64,000 nt of DNA from Phoronis australis (lineage: Eukaryota > Animalia > Phoronida): assembly GCA_002633005.1 (NCBI GenBank), contig NMRA01000242.1:532868-596867 (forward strand), read 5' to 3'. The translations under genes were made by a program, and so were the position numbers. The notes below the pieces were generated by a model. It was not told the origin of the DNA, made no database searches, and saw only the letters and a list, made by a program, of their open reading frames with translations. Of this stretch, positions 38,721-50,653 are shown in pieces. Numbering within the stretch: the stretch's first letter is position 1; each line of letters opens with the position of its first letter.

Positions 38721-39429
38721 GTGTGTGCTTTTTGTGACGGAACATTTTTGTTCTTTGACTGCGAATTTCTTACGAAGTCGCCGGCACAGGAGACCGTGAA
38801 TGGTACTGGAAGAAAGAACATTTGCCAATAGTTTGTTGAAACCTTGTTTTGCATAAATTTATTGAGTTTTGTGTTCCCTATGGAGGGCTGAAGTGAAGCA
38901 CCCGTGGAATTTCTAGTCGGGAGTGTCATACCTTGTAGTATTATATGTAGTGTATTGGGGACGATCAGAAGCTGAGGACGCCTGTGTGAAAACTTATAGT
39001 ATCGGAAGGCTCACTCGCAGCACTTACAGAACGTGTTTGTCCTCCATGACAGGTCGACCGGAAGACATAACGTGTTTTGGTCGTGATAGACCAGCCGGAA
39101 AATCCTCCTCTCATTTTCGGGTCGGTCGAAATTCCTGAGTTAACCACATGCCTTTATTTGGCCCGTAACATGCAATTTCACGCTAATACACATTAGCTGA
39201 TACGAGTTGCCTAACGAAACTGCAGGTCTGTTTTCACTTTTTTGCTTTTCTGGTGGATTTAAACTGATAGAAAGTTCAAAATCTTCATAAAATTTTGACC
39301 TCTATACGCGCTCTCTCCGTAAATATCGGTGAAGTTTTAGCTGAGATCGCTTCGGTGAGATCAGCTGAGTTTGAAGTAACCTTTAGTAATAGTCTACTAC
39401 ACGGTAACACCGATTCCTATATCCGTTAA

Positions 39430-41104
39430 AGGAGAATGCCACCCGATTTAATTAGTTTTTTTGCCGTCTTAATGGGTCTATATCCACTTCGCCTCGCATA
39501 CGGTCGACCTTACCTTGCCAAGAGGTGTCGCGCTAACCTGTGAGATAGGTGAGAAACGACGCTGGCAACGTCAGTGGGTCATATCCAGAGTGAATGCCGC
39601 TATGTTGCGGTGCATCTTTCCCGCTAGTCCGAACTAAGGAACTGCGAGGAAAGCGGGTATATCGTTTTTTTTACTTCCTCGAGAGTCCGAAATGCTTAGG
39701 AAGTGGCTCATGGTAGTGAAGAAAGAAATGTACGCTATAAATAGCAAGTATGAGGCCGTGAATCATCTTCGTGTCTTTGGCCTGCAGACGTCGACAGTGC
39801 CTGACGAATGCCGGCTTACCAAATAACTCCATACTTTCCGTTGTCTGAGCTTGTTCACGGCGCCTCTCTAGTATTTCTTCATCACTGTATTCCTGTTCCA
39901 ATTGATAGCCTTTAAAACTTAACGATCCACCTGCGAAGTCGGGACTGATGAGCTCTAGCTCGTCCTAAGTCGGGATTGCGAGTTGCCATGTTCATTGGCG
40001 TTTATTACTGAGCGTTCTGTTTCAAAATGAATTATTTTCACCCCAACCAATACTTGTGTAAAACTGAAACAAAGTCTGTCTCATTAGATGCAGTTTGTAA
40101 TGCCTTTGGAGTGTTCGTGAGTGCAAATGATTTGAGAAGCCAGTAATGAATAAATTACTGCGTTACCGGCTTTACCGTGTGCAAAAAACTAATTGACGGG
40201 ACACCGAGGCCATGTGAGCTCATGCTAATTTAGTGTTTGCTGGCAGAAACTGTTGTGAAAGAACTCGATATCCATCCCACAGCCAGGTGTTAGGGGAATC
40301 TTTATTTACATTTACATTACTCAAGTAGTGATTGTCAATGTACAACTTCTGCCCTGACGGTGCTGTGGCCAAAGCGGAATCTAAATTCGCGGCCTCCTGA
40401 GATTTGCAGTTTCGTGGCTAATTCACCAACATAATCAGGTGCACATTACTTTGGCTCACTAGTATAATATTTTCTTGACTGGAAGTTAAGTTTCCACTGA
40501 ACTTTGGCTGGTTTATGTTCGTGATGTCTGATCAGATTCCGAGCCACTGGCCGGGATAACGAGGCAATCCGGCCTGCCGCGACGGGCCTGAGCGGGCTCC
40601 GAGCCACTGCCGGCCAGGATAACAAGCGTTTTGTGTTTAGAACTAAAAATCACAAGTCTAAACAACACAGATCTAGGTTCTCCTGTCTTGTATCTCACGG
40701 AAAATACTTCGAAATTATCTCCGAACAGACCCCAAACTCCTGCTACGGACCTTATTGGCCTGCCGAACTTTGTAGGCTACGGTGTGTCCAAATACCAATA
40801 AATCCGTAAGAGCGAAATAAAACAACACGTTTTATAAGAAATTGAGGTATTTTTAAAGGTTTTACATCGAAGCTTGGTGATTTATTGGTGTTAAACGATG
40901 ACTTCAAGCGATAAGCTGACACCAGTAACCCGTGTTGAGAACTGCTGAACAGACTGCGTGTGAAACCGATGGCGTCATTGAATAATTTCAACACCTCCGT
41001 CTGCCGTCAGGTGTCAGGTAACGCAACCGTACGTGTCGTTATGGTGTAGAACTACTCGATCTAAATTGATACAAATTAGGTTGTTTTTTGGGTGGCATGC
41101 TCCT
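39430..41104 (+). mobile_element. Non-autonomous Kolobok-like element (family 2, copy A)
   Basis: TTAA at 39426-39429 and 41105-41108; TIRs aggagaatgccaccc / gggtggcatgctcct. The minus strand has GYQLEQEYSDEEILERRR, resembling a KolX N-terminus. Confidence 0.82.
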
Positions 41105-42706
41105 TTAAGAATTTTAAAATTTACACTCATAACTTCAAAGTAAATTCACAGAGATTAGCGTGGCGGAATATCAGTAAACCTGAGTTGAAGTTCCTGAGAA
41201 AGTAACAAATTTCACGAATTTATGAATCCGCAACGGTCTAATAATGCCAAAGTATTCTAGGTAATCCCTTCTCGTGGGTGTCGTGAGCACATGTGTGAAC
41301 TGTAAATTTCGTCGTTTTTTTGCCGTTTCGAAACGACAGTGACGGGTGACCGTGTTCAAGCATATACATTGTTGTCGTAAAGCGAAAATAACGATAAAAT
41401 TCGACGCTAACTTTAAGAGTTAACGATTTTAGTCGGAAGTCATGGCGAAAATTTGGAAGGAAATTCAGTTGACAAAAAATGACACTAAAATGGTTGAAAA
41501 TTTACCGAAAATTTTTGCTTCAAAATTCCACCTATTTTCCACGAGAATTATCGTTAACTTTTTAGGACCACCACATTACAATCAATGCTAACGGCGGGTC
41601 GACCGCGACATAGACATTTTGTGGTTACACCTTCCGCAAACAAGCAGTGTCACAAGTTCTGTATCCGTGTTCGTTAAAAACGAATCGTACAAAGAGTAGA
41701 TTGGAGTTATCGAACGTTATAAACGACCGGTACGTTATAATGCGACTCGACTGCTTTCCTGAACCTTCTAATTCTGTATATATTGGGTTAACAAAACAGA
41801 CTTGTCGAAAAAGTGCTGTACTGTATAAACTTAATGCCGCAGAAAAAAAATTTCATGTATGAATGTTGTGTTGACGTAAAAGGCATCTCACCATTCACTT
41901 AAAAGTAGTTCCATTGAGAGACCAGGCGTAATTATCATGTTACTGCCCCCACAGCCGAGTGGGGTGGGTAATGAACTATTGAAATTGCTGATAAAAGCGT
42001 GTCAAGCTTATAGTCCCTGAAACCCTTGAGATTTTATCACGATCATTATGAAATAGCCAACAAGGGGCAGAAACAATGACTCAAAATATTGCAATCTCAA
42101 CGGAACAGGGTTTACTATTGAGCTGCATGCGGACCATCCCATTTGCTGTACTCCCGCGTGGCGCCGATGGTTTGGGCACTTCAAACACAATTTGAGACTT
42201 GCGTTTCATACTGAGCCTGCTAACACCAGTAGTTTCATGTTATCATTCAGTGTACCACAGATTTGGTGTTTAAGCCCAATGTTTATCACCAGCACATCAC
42301 ATGTGGCAACACTGCCTGGCAAAAACGGAAATTTGCAACGTTCACTTTGAGACCGAGCCCTGTGCATGAAAAACTTTTTTGACAAAATGTGGTATTGTTG
42401 GAAAGGGGAATGACTGAGCTATTCATTGGTATGCATCATGATTCAAATAAACCAAAGGTAATGTAAACACGGGCGAAAGAACACAAATTTCCAAACATTT
42501 TTAGGTGTCTTTTTACTTTATAACGTCGTATCGAATGAGCGCGGTTAGGCTGATGTCCTTGTTGGCTAACTGTAACGGGTGTTCCTGGTGCGCTAAATGT
42601 TAAAGGGGTGATACTGAGTATCCTGCTAGGGTTATTGCTTTAAACGACAATACACAGCGGCGCATTATTATAAATCTTTGTTAACTTTCGAATGACAAAA
42701 TTATAG

Positions 42707-43069
42707 ACGGACCAACAAATGTCACCATAGAAGAAGTTGAAAAAGGCACTACAGCTATCCACGATACATTTCTGCTAAAAAACAATACCAGATATAGGAT
42801 GAACTGTACCACAGGATACTATTGGGAAAAGGTGAACTTTAACTGGTATACAAACGGCTATGTTCTACAAGATTCGTCGACGGGGATGAGGAGTTTAGAA
42901 CCAGAGAAGATCGAAGAGAAATATCGATTCAAAAGTGAAATAGGACTGGAAATAAATGCCGCTCAAGCTCACCATCAGATGAAACTGAAGTGCTATGCAA
43001 AGAACGACCATCTCGATGCTATGTATACAGGAGCAACAGCAGAAAAAACGGTCACATTGACTGTTGCTT
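42707..43069 (+). CDS. Multi-Ig protein, Ig exon A (C2-set-like domain)
   Basis: ttatag|...|gtgagt, 363 nt, phase 1-1. GPTNVTI...YRMNCTTG...FNWY...HHQMKLKCYAKN...TVTLTV. Confidence 0.88.
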
Positions 43070-45409
43070 GTGAGTACCTAGTTCAAACTACACATTGTAT
43101 CTTCTCCTCCATAATCAATGCGTCACCCAACTATTGTTTTGTCAGAAAACATTGACATGACTTTTATCTCGTACTCAGATGAGCAGTGATTCTCATTACT
43201 GACGATTGAGCTCTGTCAGCTGACGTTATCTTACAATTAAAAAAATCATTAATTGGTTGTGGAGATGACTGCTTTTTGAATATATCATTGTAATAAGCGA
43301 TTTCCTGAGAAATATATTACAGTACGTTGACACGCGACACGGCTGCACTTCGGTCTGTAATGGAGTTGTTTACTTACGCAGTTTCTATAGATCGCATACC
43401 AAAGTTCTTTGTTTTGCAAAAAAATGTCATATTCTTCATATCTTTTTGTGCCTGTTTGATCACCTCTTTCACACCCTTCTACGACGGCATCGCTATGAAT
43501 ATTAGATTCACTGACTGTTCAACCGGTCTCATTGGACTGCAGTCACCCAATGACATCAACGTCATCGTTTCATGATCTCAAATCCCCTTAAATGAAAACC
43601 AAAATGGTGTATTCTTCCTTCTACTGGCACCACTTTTGTAAAACGTCAATAACTGGGCGTAAACTTCATATCTGTGTTTTACTGCTGTGACCATGCAAAT
43701 GTTAATCAACCATGGGACATTTTGAAAGATTGTATAAATATTTAAGATAGTCGTGTCCTGTGTTCAGTTTGCGCAGCAATAGGTGCTTAAAGGTATTTTA
43801 AAAGCAGGCATACTGAAAATGCTTTAGCAGAATTTGCAGTTTCCAGTGACATTCTTAAAACGACGCCTCCAACACACTGTTTAAATTTGTAAGGTGACAA
43901 GTAACGTATCCGGGGATATTGGTGACTGATTATCAGACCACCGGTGGAAATTCTAATGCTAGATGCCGCGTGAGCGCGTTAGATAATGAAGAAAATGGTT
44001 CACGACCCAAAGGCCTTGCTGCAATCATAAACACGACTATAGAACTGCACACTTGCAGATTTCGTTTTCTTGTTTGCGGAGTTTGAATTCCCGCATCAAA
44101 TAGCAATACCACTGTTGTAAGGCACGCATAATTGGAAATAGAAGTGGAACCACATTTTAAACATCCTTCATATGTTGCTCATATTGTAGAGGGATCCTGA
44201 AAGCAAGTGTGTCTGTCAGAATTGTCAACTCGCTGAATTCCGTTGTTTTTCATGTACCGCTTGTATGATTTTCTTTTCAATAAGTAGTGAACAGATTTTT
44301 TTCACTAACGTTAAAACCTAAAGAGCCATTAGCATGAAACACACTACAAGATGAAAATGATTTGGTGATAGAAATCGGAGGCAAATAAGTGGGATTCGTT
44401 AGTTGAAAGCCTAGTATATCTGAAAAAATGCAGTGAAGTCATCTACTCTAGCTCGCCGAGATGGAATGGATTTGTATCAGACAAACAAATCCACGTGAAT
44501 TCAAGCGTTTATGCAGGTCGCTGGCATTTAGACAAATTTCTACAAACTTACAGAATTTAATTTTTTCAAATTATGCATTCTCACCACAGACCTTATACTG
44601 TATACCATTCAATCACGTGACCATGTCTTGAGTAAAATTAAACAAAAAAAGAAAAGCGGATTCTTAAAAAAACATCGGAATCAATAACATAATAGTGCGT
44701 AAGATATTCATGCAACTCCGATCCGCCATTTCGGAGATATAATGTTTCGAACTTAGTTAAATTTGGACATTTTCTACGATCTGTTATGACATATTGTCGC
44801 ACACAACACGGATTGCGACGCATATCGTCGTCCTTGCGACAGTATGTTGCCGGGGGCGATAACAAGTGCAGTGAACACGGAAACATATTCTCGCCCTCAA
44901 GCATTGTTAAAGGGTTTCCTGTTCGCCAGAAGTAGACACAGAGACGAAAAAGAGGTTGTATCGAGTTGAAGGGGACAGGTCCAGTGGTGATAATTACATC
45001 TGATGTCAGTCTCGGGAGCGTTGATTTTACAAATATGAATCCATTGGATAGTAAGGACGTGTTGTACTCCCTGCGTTTTTGGTAGCCACCTAATCGACCT
45101 CCTGATCCGCCCTCTGGCCCCCGATCACACCCACTTTGTCCACCAATAGCTTGTCCCCTGCCGAAGTTTGGATTTCTAAATGCCTTCACCTACGCCTAAA
45201 GGCACCAGCATTGCGTAAGCGTGCAGAGCTAAGTGACTTCGCTAAAGTTAGATACTTCTTGAGGCGACATTATGCGCCTTCGCAATACAACAACTTATAT
45301 TGCAGCACTCGACATTTTATTGTCCCTTCCTGGAGCGACAGTTTGTGTCGAGCTTGACAATGCATGTCGCCACAGAGTACTTCATCACGAACTGAAATTT
45401 CTCGTTTAG

Positions 45410-45748
45410 CTGGACCATCAACACTCACCATTTTCGACTACAGCAGTTATCCAAGCCTAATGGACAATCGAAAACAAACACTGACGGTTCGAAATGGTTA
45501 TACGTACTTGTTGAATTGTAAAACTGATTCCAATTATCCAGAGGCCAACGTTACATGGTCCTCCTCGGATGGGTTGATGAGTACGTCAATAACTGTTCAT
45601 ACGCTTGACGGGAACTACTACCGGAGCAGCAAGAACATTTCTTTCACCACAAAGGTTGAGGACAACTGGGCAAAATTACGGTGCACTGCTGTTAACAAGG
45701 CAGCCGAAGACTTCAATTCGACGACGGAGTACACATTCATAGTCACAC
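45410..45748 (+). CDS. Multi-Ig protein, Ig exon B
   Basis: tttag|...|gtgagt, 339 nt, phase 1-1. GPSTLTI...YLLNCKTDSNYPEANVTWS...DNWAKLRCTAVN...YTFIV. Confidence 0.9.
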
Positions 45749-46079
45749 GTGAGTGAGATTAATTGCCACAAAAATTAACAAGATAGTCAACAGAAGTCAC
45801 AAGCCTCCCATGGCCCATAGACTAAATTCGTAATACGAGTCACGCCCAAAACATTTGCAAATAACGACAAATCACCGGGTTGAAACAACATGAGCGAAAA
45901 TGCTCACGTAGTGCCATTGATAACCAATGAAATGTATTGTTTTCATAGTGCGGATATTTAAATTGTTTGGAAAACATTTTTGAGTCGAGTGTAGCGAAGA
46001 GGTGGAAGGAGAGGGAGGGAGTGGGGAGTAGGAGGAATTCCGGGAGATAAAGAGGGAGAAGAAAGACCAAAATATAATC

Positions 46080-46175
46080 AGAATTATGATGGTGATAGTA
46101 ATAATGAAAATAATAATTATAACGATGATGATGATGATAATGACCAGGACGATGACGACGACGAGGATGATGGTT
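46080..46175. repeat. Degenerate (ATG/ATA/ACG)n trinucleotide repeat
   Basis: atgatggtgatagtaataatg...gatgatgatgat...gacgacgacg. Confidence 0.8.
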
Positions 46176-46511
46176 CTCAAAAAATTAATAAAGGCATTCC
46201 TTCTGATGGATTTTCACCTCTGTTGTGAAAATGTCATACCTTATGTGCAGTAAACAAACTTGAAATAAGTCTTCTTAATGAAGTTTTTATGGCGAAGTCA
46301 TGTTAGAAACAAACAGCATACTCAACCACAATTACTTATACGGTCACTGGTCATGAGGCTGTCAAGTTCAGAATAGTAAAGTAACAAAGACATTAAACTT
46401 TTAAATTTGGGATTAACAATGCTTGATCTTGTCTCATGATAATGAAGTAACTAAATATGTGATTTAGGGTCAGTAAGCACCACTCTCATTGGTTTGTTTT
46501 TGTCTAACATA

Positions 46512-47876
46512 CAGTACAGCCACTGAATTATTAGACTCTCTCCCGTGTCTCTCCGGTCTAGCCACCCGTGACCGTAACCGGAGACAGACCGGAGAGTGAG
46601 ACGTGAATCAACCGTGACAGCGGGCGTGTGCCTAAGCGCGACTGAACCCGGAGCTTACCGTTAGTTAGGCGTGAACTAAGCGCGAGCCAGCCGTGAGCCA
46701 GGCGTGAGTTTACCTGCATCGCAGATGAAAAAGTAATTTGTTAAAATTATACCAGTAACTAGCAGTGATGTGTGTATTCTCATAGACTTTTGTTTATGTG
46801 AGGTTTATTTTTTTTGAAATCGTCACGTTCAGCAAAAGACCAAAATTTCCTTCTCAAATCTTAAGTCACTTCAGGAAAAAGACTGTGGACTCTACTTTTC
46901 AGTTGTATATAATTATTTGTTTTTATATAAACTAATAAAGAATCTTAACGCGCGTCTACATGGCGGAAATATTCAATTGCCTTCACGATATGAAGGAGCA
47001 TAGCATGTCAATTCTGAGCACATTGATCCCAAGTTCCGGCTTCATGCGGAGAAAACTGATCGTGCCCATGCATTTGACGAGTCAAACAGATCACTGCTAT
47101 TATATTTTAGTGAAGAAGTACCCCGGGGATACTGTGAACTCAGTCAAAACGCATGTACTACGGGGAGGGGGCTACAAATAATTAAACTGCGCTACGGACT
47201 GAGAACTTTTTAGTCAAAACATTTGCTTGCAGTAGGGGATGGGTATGTCAGAATGGCGGCCTATTGAAATTTTCTGTATGTCAGTGCGGTGCAAAAATTT
47301 ACGGAGTGACACAATACTTCACAAGATGCGTAGGCAATTTTTAGGGCAAATTAACTATATCCAGCTGTGACTAGTTTCAAGGAGTCCACAGCCACGTAAA
47401 GACGACTCTGGACACAGGATCGCGTATATTCGTATTTACTAACCGTGGTTACTGTACATGTATGTCGTTGATGGGACTGGCTCTTAAGTTGTAAATAGAA
47501 AATGTACATTTAACCGTAACACAACATGAGCTGAAGGAAGACGTTTGTATGAACAACACGTGGAATTACAAAGTTAGTCGGAACCCAAGCGTGATAGATG
47601 ACTGCTTGCAAAGTGTCCGAAAAGACAGGCAATCAAGACGTTACATGTATTTTATTGATTAGCCCGGTGCCCTACCATGGTTACCACAGGTACTGAAGGC
47701 GTGAATAAAGCCTTAGGAAAGCGTGAACTAAACCGGAGGTAAGCGTGAGGACTACCCGGAGAGTAGGCGTGAGGCGACCGTGACTGATTTCAGTCACGCC
47801 TGCGTTCCGGTTGTGCTCCGGTCTGGCCAGGCGTGAGGTAGCCCGGACGAAGTCTAAAAATTCAGTGGCTGCACTG
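46512..47876. mobile_element. Non-autonomous Tc1/mariner-like element
   Basis: TA flanks on both sides; TIRs cagtacagccactgaattattagact / agtctaaaaattcagtggctgcactg; subterminal cgtga and ccgga repeats. Confidence 0.75.
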
Positions 47877-48877
47877 TAGTTTATACAAGCAAATAAAAAT
47901 CGTTTCATAGTACAATGTAAATTCAGTAGAGTGAAAAAGGAACTATATTTTATTCTGAATACATTATGCATAGTTTTCAATTAGTTTTTGATTAATTTCA
48001 CAATTAATTTAACATCAAAAAGTAAACTTATATTCTCTAACGAAGCTAAAAAATCGCCCGCTTGGAACGCTGCTTCTCGTGACGTAGTTGTTGGGGGTAA
48101 AGCCAGTGTAATATTTTTGCGTGCAGGCAAGTGTCGTTCTTCATATTGTCGGAATACGAAATTTTAGAGTGAAATGTTGGGTCACCAGGGAAACCTGCTT
48201 GAAACGAGGCAACACAAAGTGATACCCAGTCGTCGCCATCGTCAGACGATAATAGTTAACTTACACATGTATGCTCGTCACCTCTTCGTAAAACTTACAT
48301 CAACATGTAGAGCTAACGGGCCGGCAGAGGTGCATGCAAAATCTGATATTCAACCGACACTCAGTTGTTTAAGTGGAATACAAACAAATAAACGTCACTG
48401 TCTAGCATAATATGCCGCCTTTTGTAACAAAGAAAGTGTGTCGCCCGTTTCAAAACAGAACGCTCGTGACACGCGCAAGCACCATTTCCTAAATTTTGCG
48501 ACGTCTTTAGCGAGATGATGACAGCTTCGCAGCAGCAATGTTTGTTCTAAAGTTCGGTTTGATGGTAAAACTTGTAACGGATTGAAACCAAGTTCCGATA
48601 ATTTGTTGTGACATGTATGCAGTCTTGTGCCGGCAGCGCAGAACAGTTGATAAAAGAATCGGGGGCAAGAAACCGGTAACGGTCAAGTGACGTAATCGCC
48701 ACGTGCCGACTCAAGAGAACATATCACAATTTTAGCAGCAGCCGATTAACGACAGCTAACTTTTCCAACACCGGTAAATAGGTTAGCTTACTCAAGGAAG
48801 AGAGTAGTTTTAATGACGCTAATTTTGAATCAGATTTCACGTGTACATTTTTACCCGTATCGGCGCAAGCCTGTTAG

Positions 48878-50653
48878 CGAGGACAACATACGTCACCAAA
48901 TCGTTTCGCGTATCTGTCACCGTGTAAAATTTGCACATTACAATCGGCAAAAAATCACTCAAAAATGCAATAAATGTGAATAAAAATTACTTCAAAGTAT
49001 GAAATAAGACGTTATTTTACTGAAATGTTAGTCTTTTTTCGTCGCAAAATCCGTTTAATAATACTTTGCACGAGTTTTTTGCAGCGACGTGACCGACATT
49101 TCAAAGCAAAATGGTCGCCGGTAAAAACAACTGGTATTTGGTTTTCAACTCAGGAGAAGACTAAACTCTAGAATTTTGGCGTGAAACTGTGCGAAGTTGT
49201 AGAAGAAACCCTTGCGCACGTTATTACGTAAGTATTTTTCACTTTCGTGTACTTAAAAGTTGAAAAAGTTGCCAGTTCTCGCGACCTTCAAATTTGACCT
49301 GAATTAATTGGTACATTTCCTAATTTGCGCACATAATGAACCATATTGCGCACTAAAGGGTTTATCAATGAACTATTTCAAACACTTGTTGCAAACGGGC
49401 CCTTCGTCGATTTCTGACAATCGGGCGTATTTCTGACTCACTTCGTAATTCCGGGTACTGCCGCTAGGGGTGCTCCTTCGAATGGCGGCGAATTTTTGGT
49501 TCCCAAACTAAAGCATTTCAACTTTTCCTGTTGAAAAATTAATGTAAAAGAGACCAAAAAAGTAATTTCTCGTTGTGAGAACAATGATTCTCTCATTTAA
49601 GGTTCTTTTTTCCTATTTTTGCCTCACAGTTTTGTAGGTCAGGCCACTAAGACCTGACTTGTTGCCAGACCGTACCACCCATACTGGCCAAGACAGTTTA
49701 GCCAGCATATGTCAAGACAGAAAATGAAAACATTTTAATTTTAGAGTAAACAAATATTACAACTGTGTATTTCTACTCCAGTGCTGTGTTTTCAACCAAA
49801 ACTTTATGTTTACTACCATGAAAAACTAAACATGCTATCAATATTTTTTTTACTATGAATATAGTTTTTACAAAACAATTCAGAGGTTCATCAATATTTT
49901 TTTACCATGAATATGGTTTAACAAAACAATTCAGAGGTTCATCTAGATTGTTATATATCTCAGCCTGGCCTATATCTTTCAGGTAACCTTTGTTGGAAAT
50001 TGCTGTGGACTAAACCAGTTGTTATTTTCTCCATCATGTTTTCTTATAATTTCATTCCTATTTGTCAGTTTACTATAATACATATCATCATGTCTCGAAT
50101 TTCTGTCTCATCAGACTAGCTCTTGGTCCAGATCCTTCTTCTTTCCTGCTTCTACCGATTCTACTTGCAGGCAGCAAGTGAGTTTGGCTCAATACCCACT
50201 ACGATGAAGATGAGGCTGTGCGCACCTCTCGGGTGATGGACGATTTTGGTCAAGAGTACCTCGAAGTGCTGGAGTGCTCCATATTGTGTATTGGTATTCC
50301 ACTGACTTAACAACCCCCTTCCTTGAGGATGCCACAACTTTGTGAAGTACTCCAAAATTCGAAAATTTAGTCTTCTCCTGAGTTGAAAACCAAATACCAG
50401 TTGTTTTTACCGGCGACCATTTTGCTTTGAAATGTCGGTCACGTCGCTGCAAAAAACTCGTGCAAAGTATTATTAAACGGATTTTGCGACCAAAAAAGAC
50501 TAACATTTAAGTAAAGTAACGTCCTATTTCATAATTTGAAGTAATTTTTATTTACATTTATTGCATTTTTGAGTGATTTTTTGCCGATTGTAATTTGCGA
50601 ATTTTACACGGTGACAGATACGCGAAGCGATTTGGTGACGTATGTTGTCCTCG
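48878..50653. mobile_element. Non-autonomous DNA transposon with ~300-bp TIRs (superfamily unresolved)
   Basis: 48878-49178 is a high-identity reverse complement of 50352-50653. There is no convincing internal transposase. Confidence 0.8.

Noticed and set aside
39944-39970. Second hammerhead (ctgatgag...)
   Set aside because: No GAAA box or stem III follows.
45872-46180. Hydrophobic poly-Ile ORF as a membrane protein or TM exon
   Set aside because: It is the translation of a trinucleotide microsatellite on the strand opposite the Ig gene.
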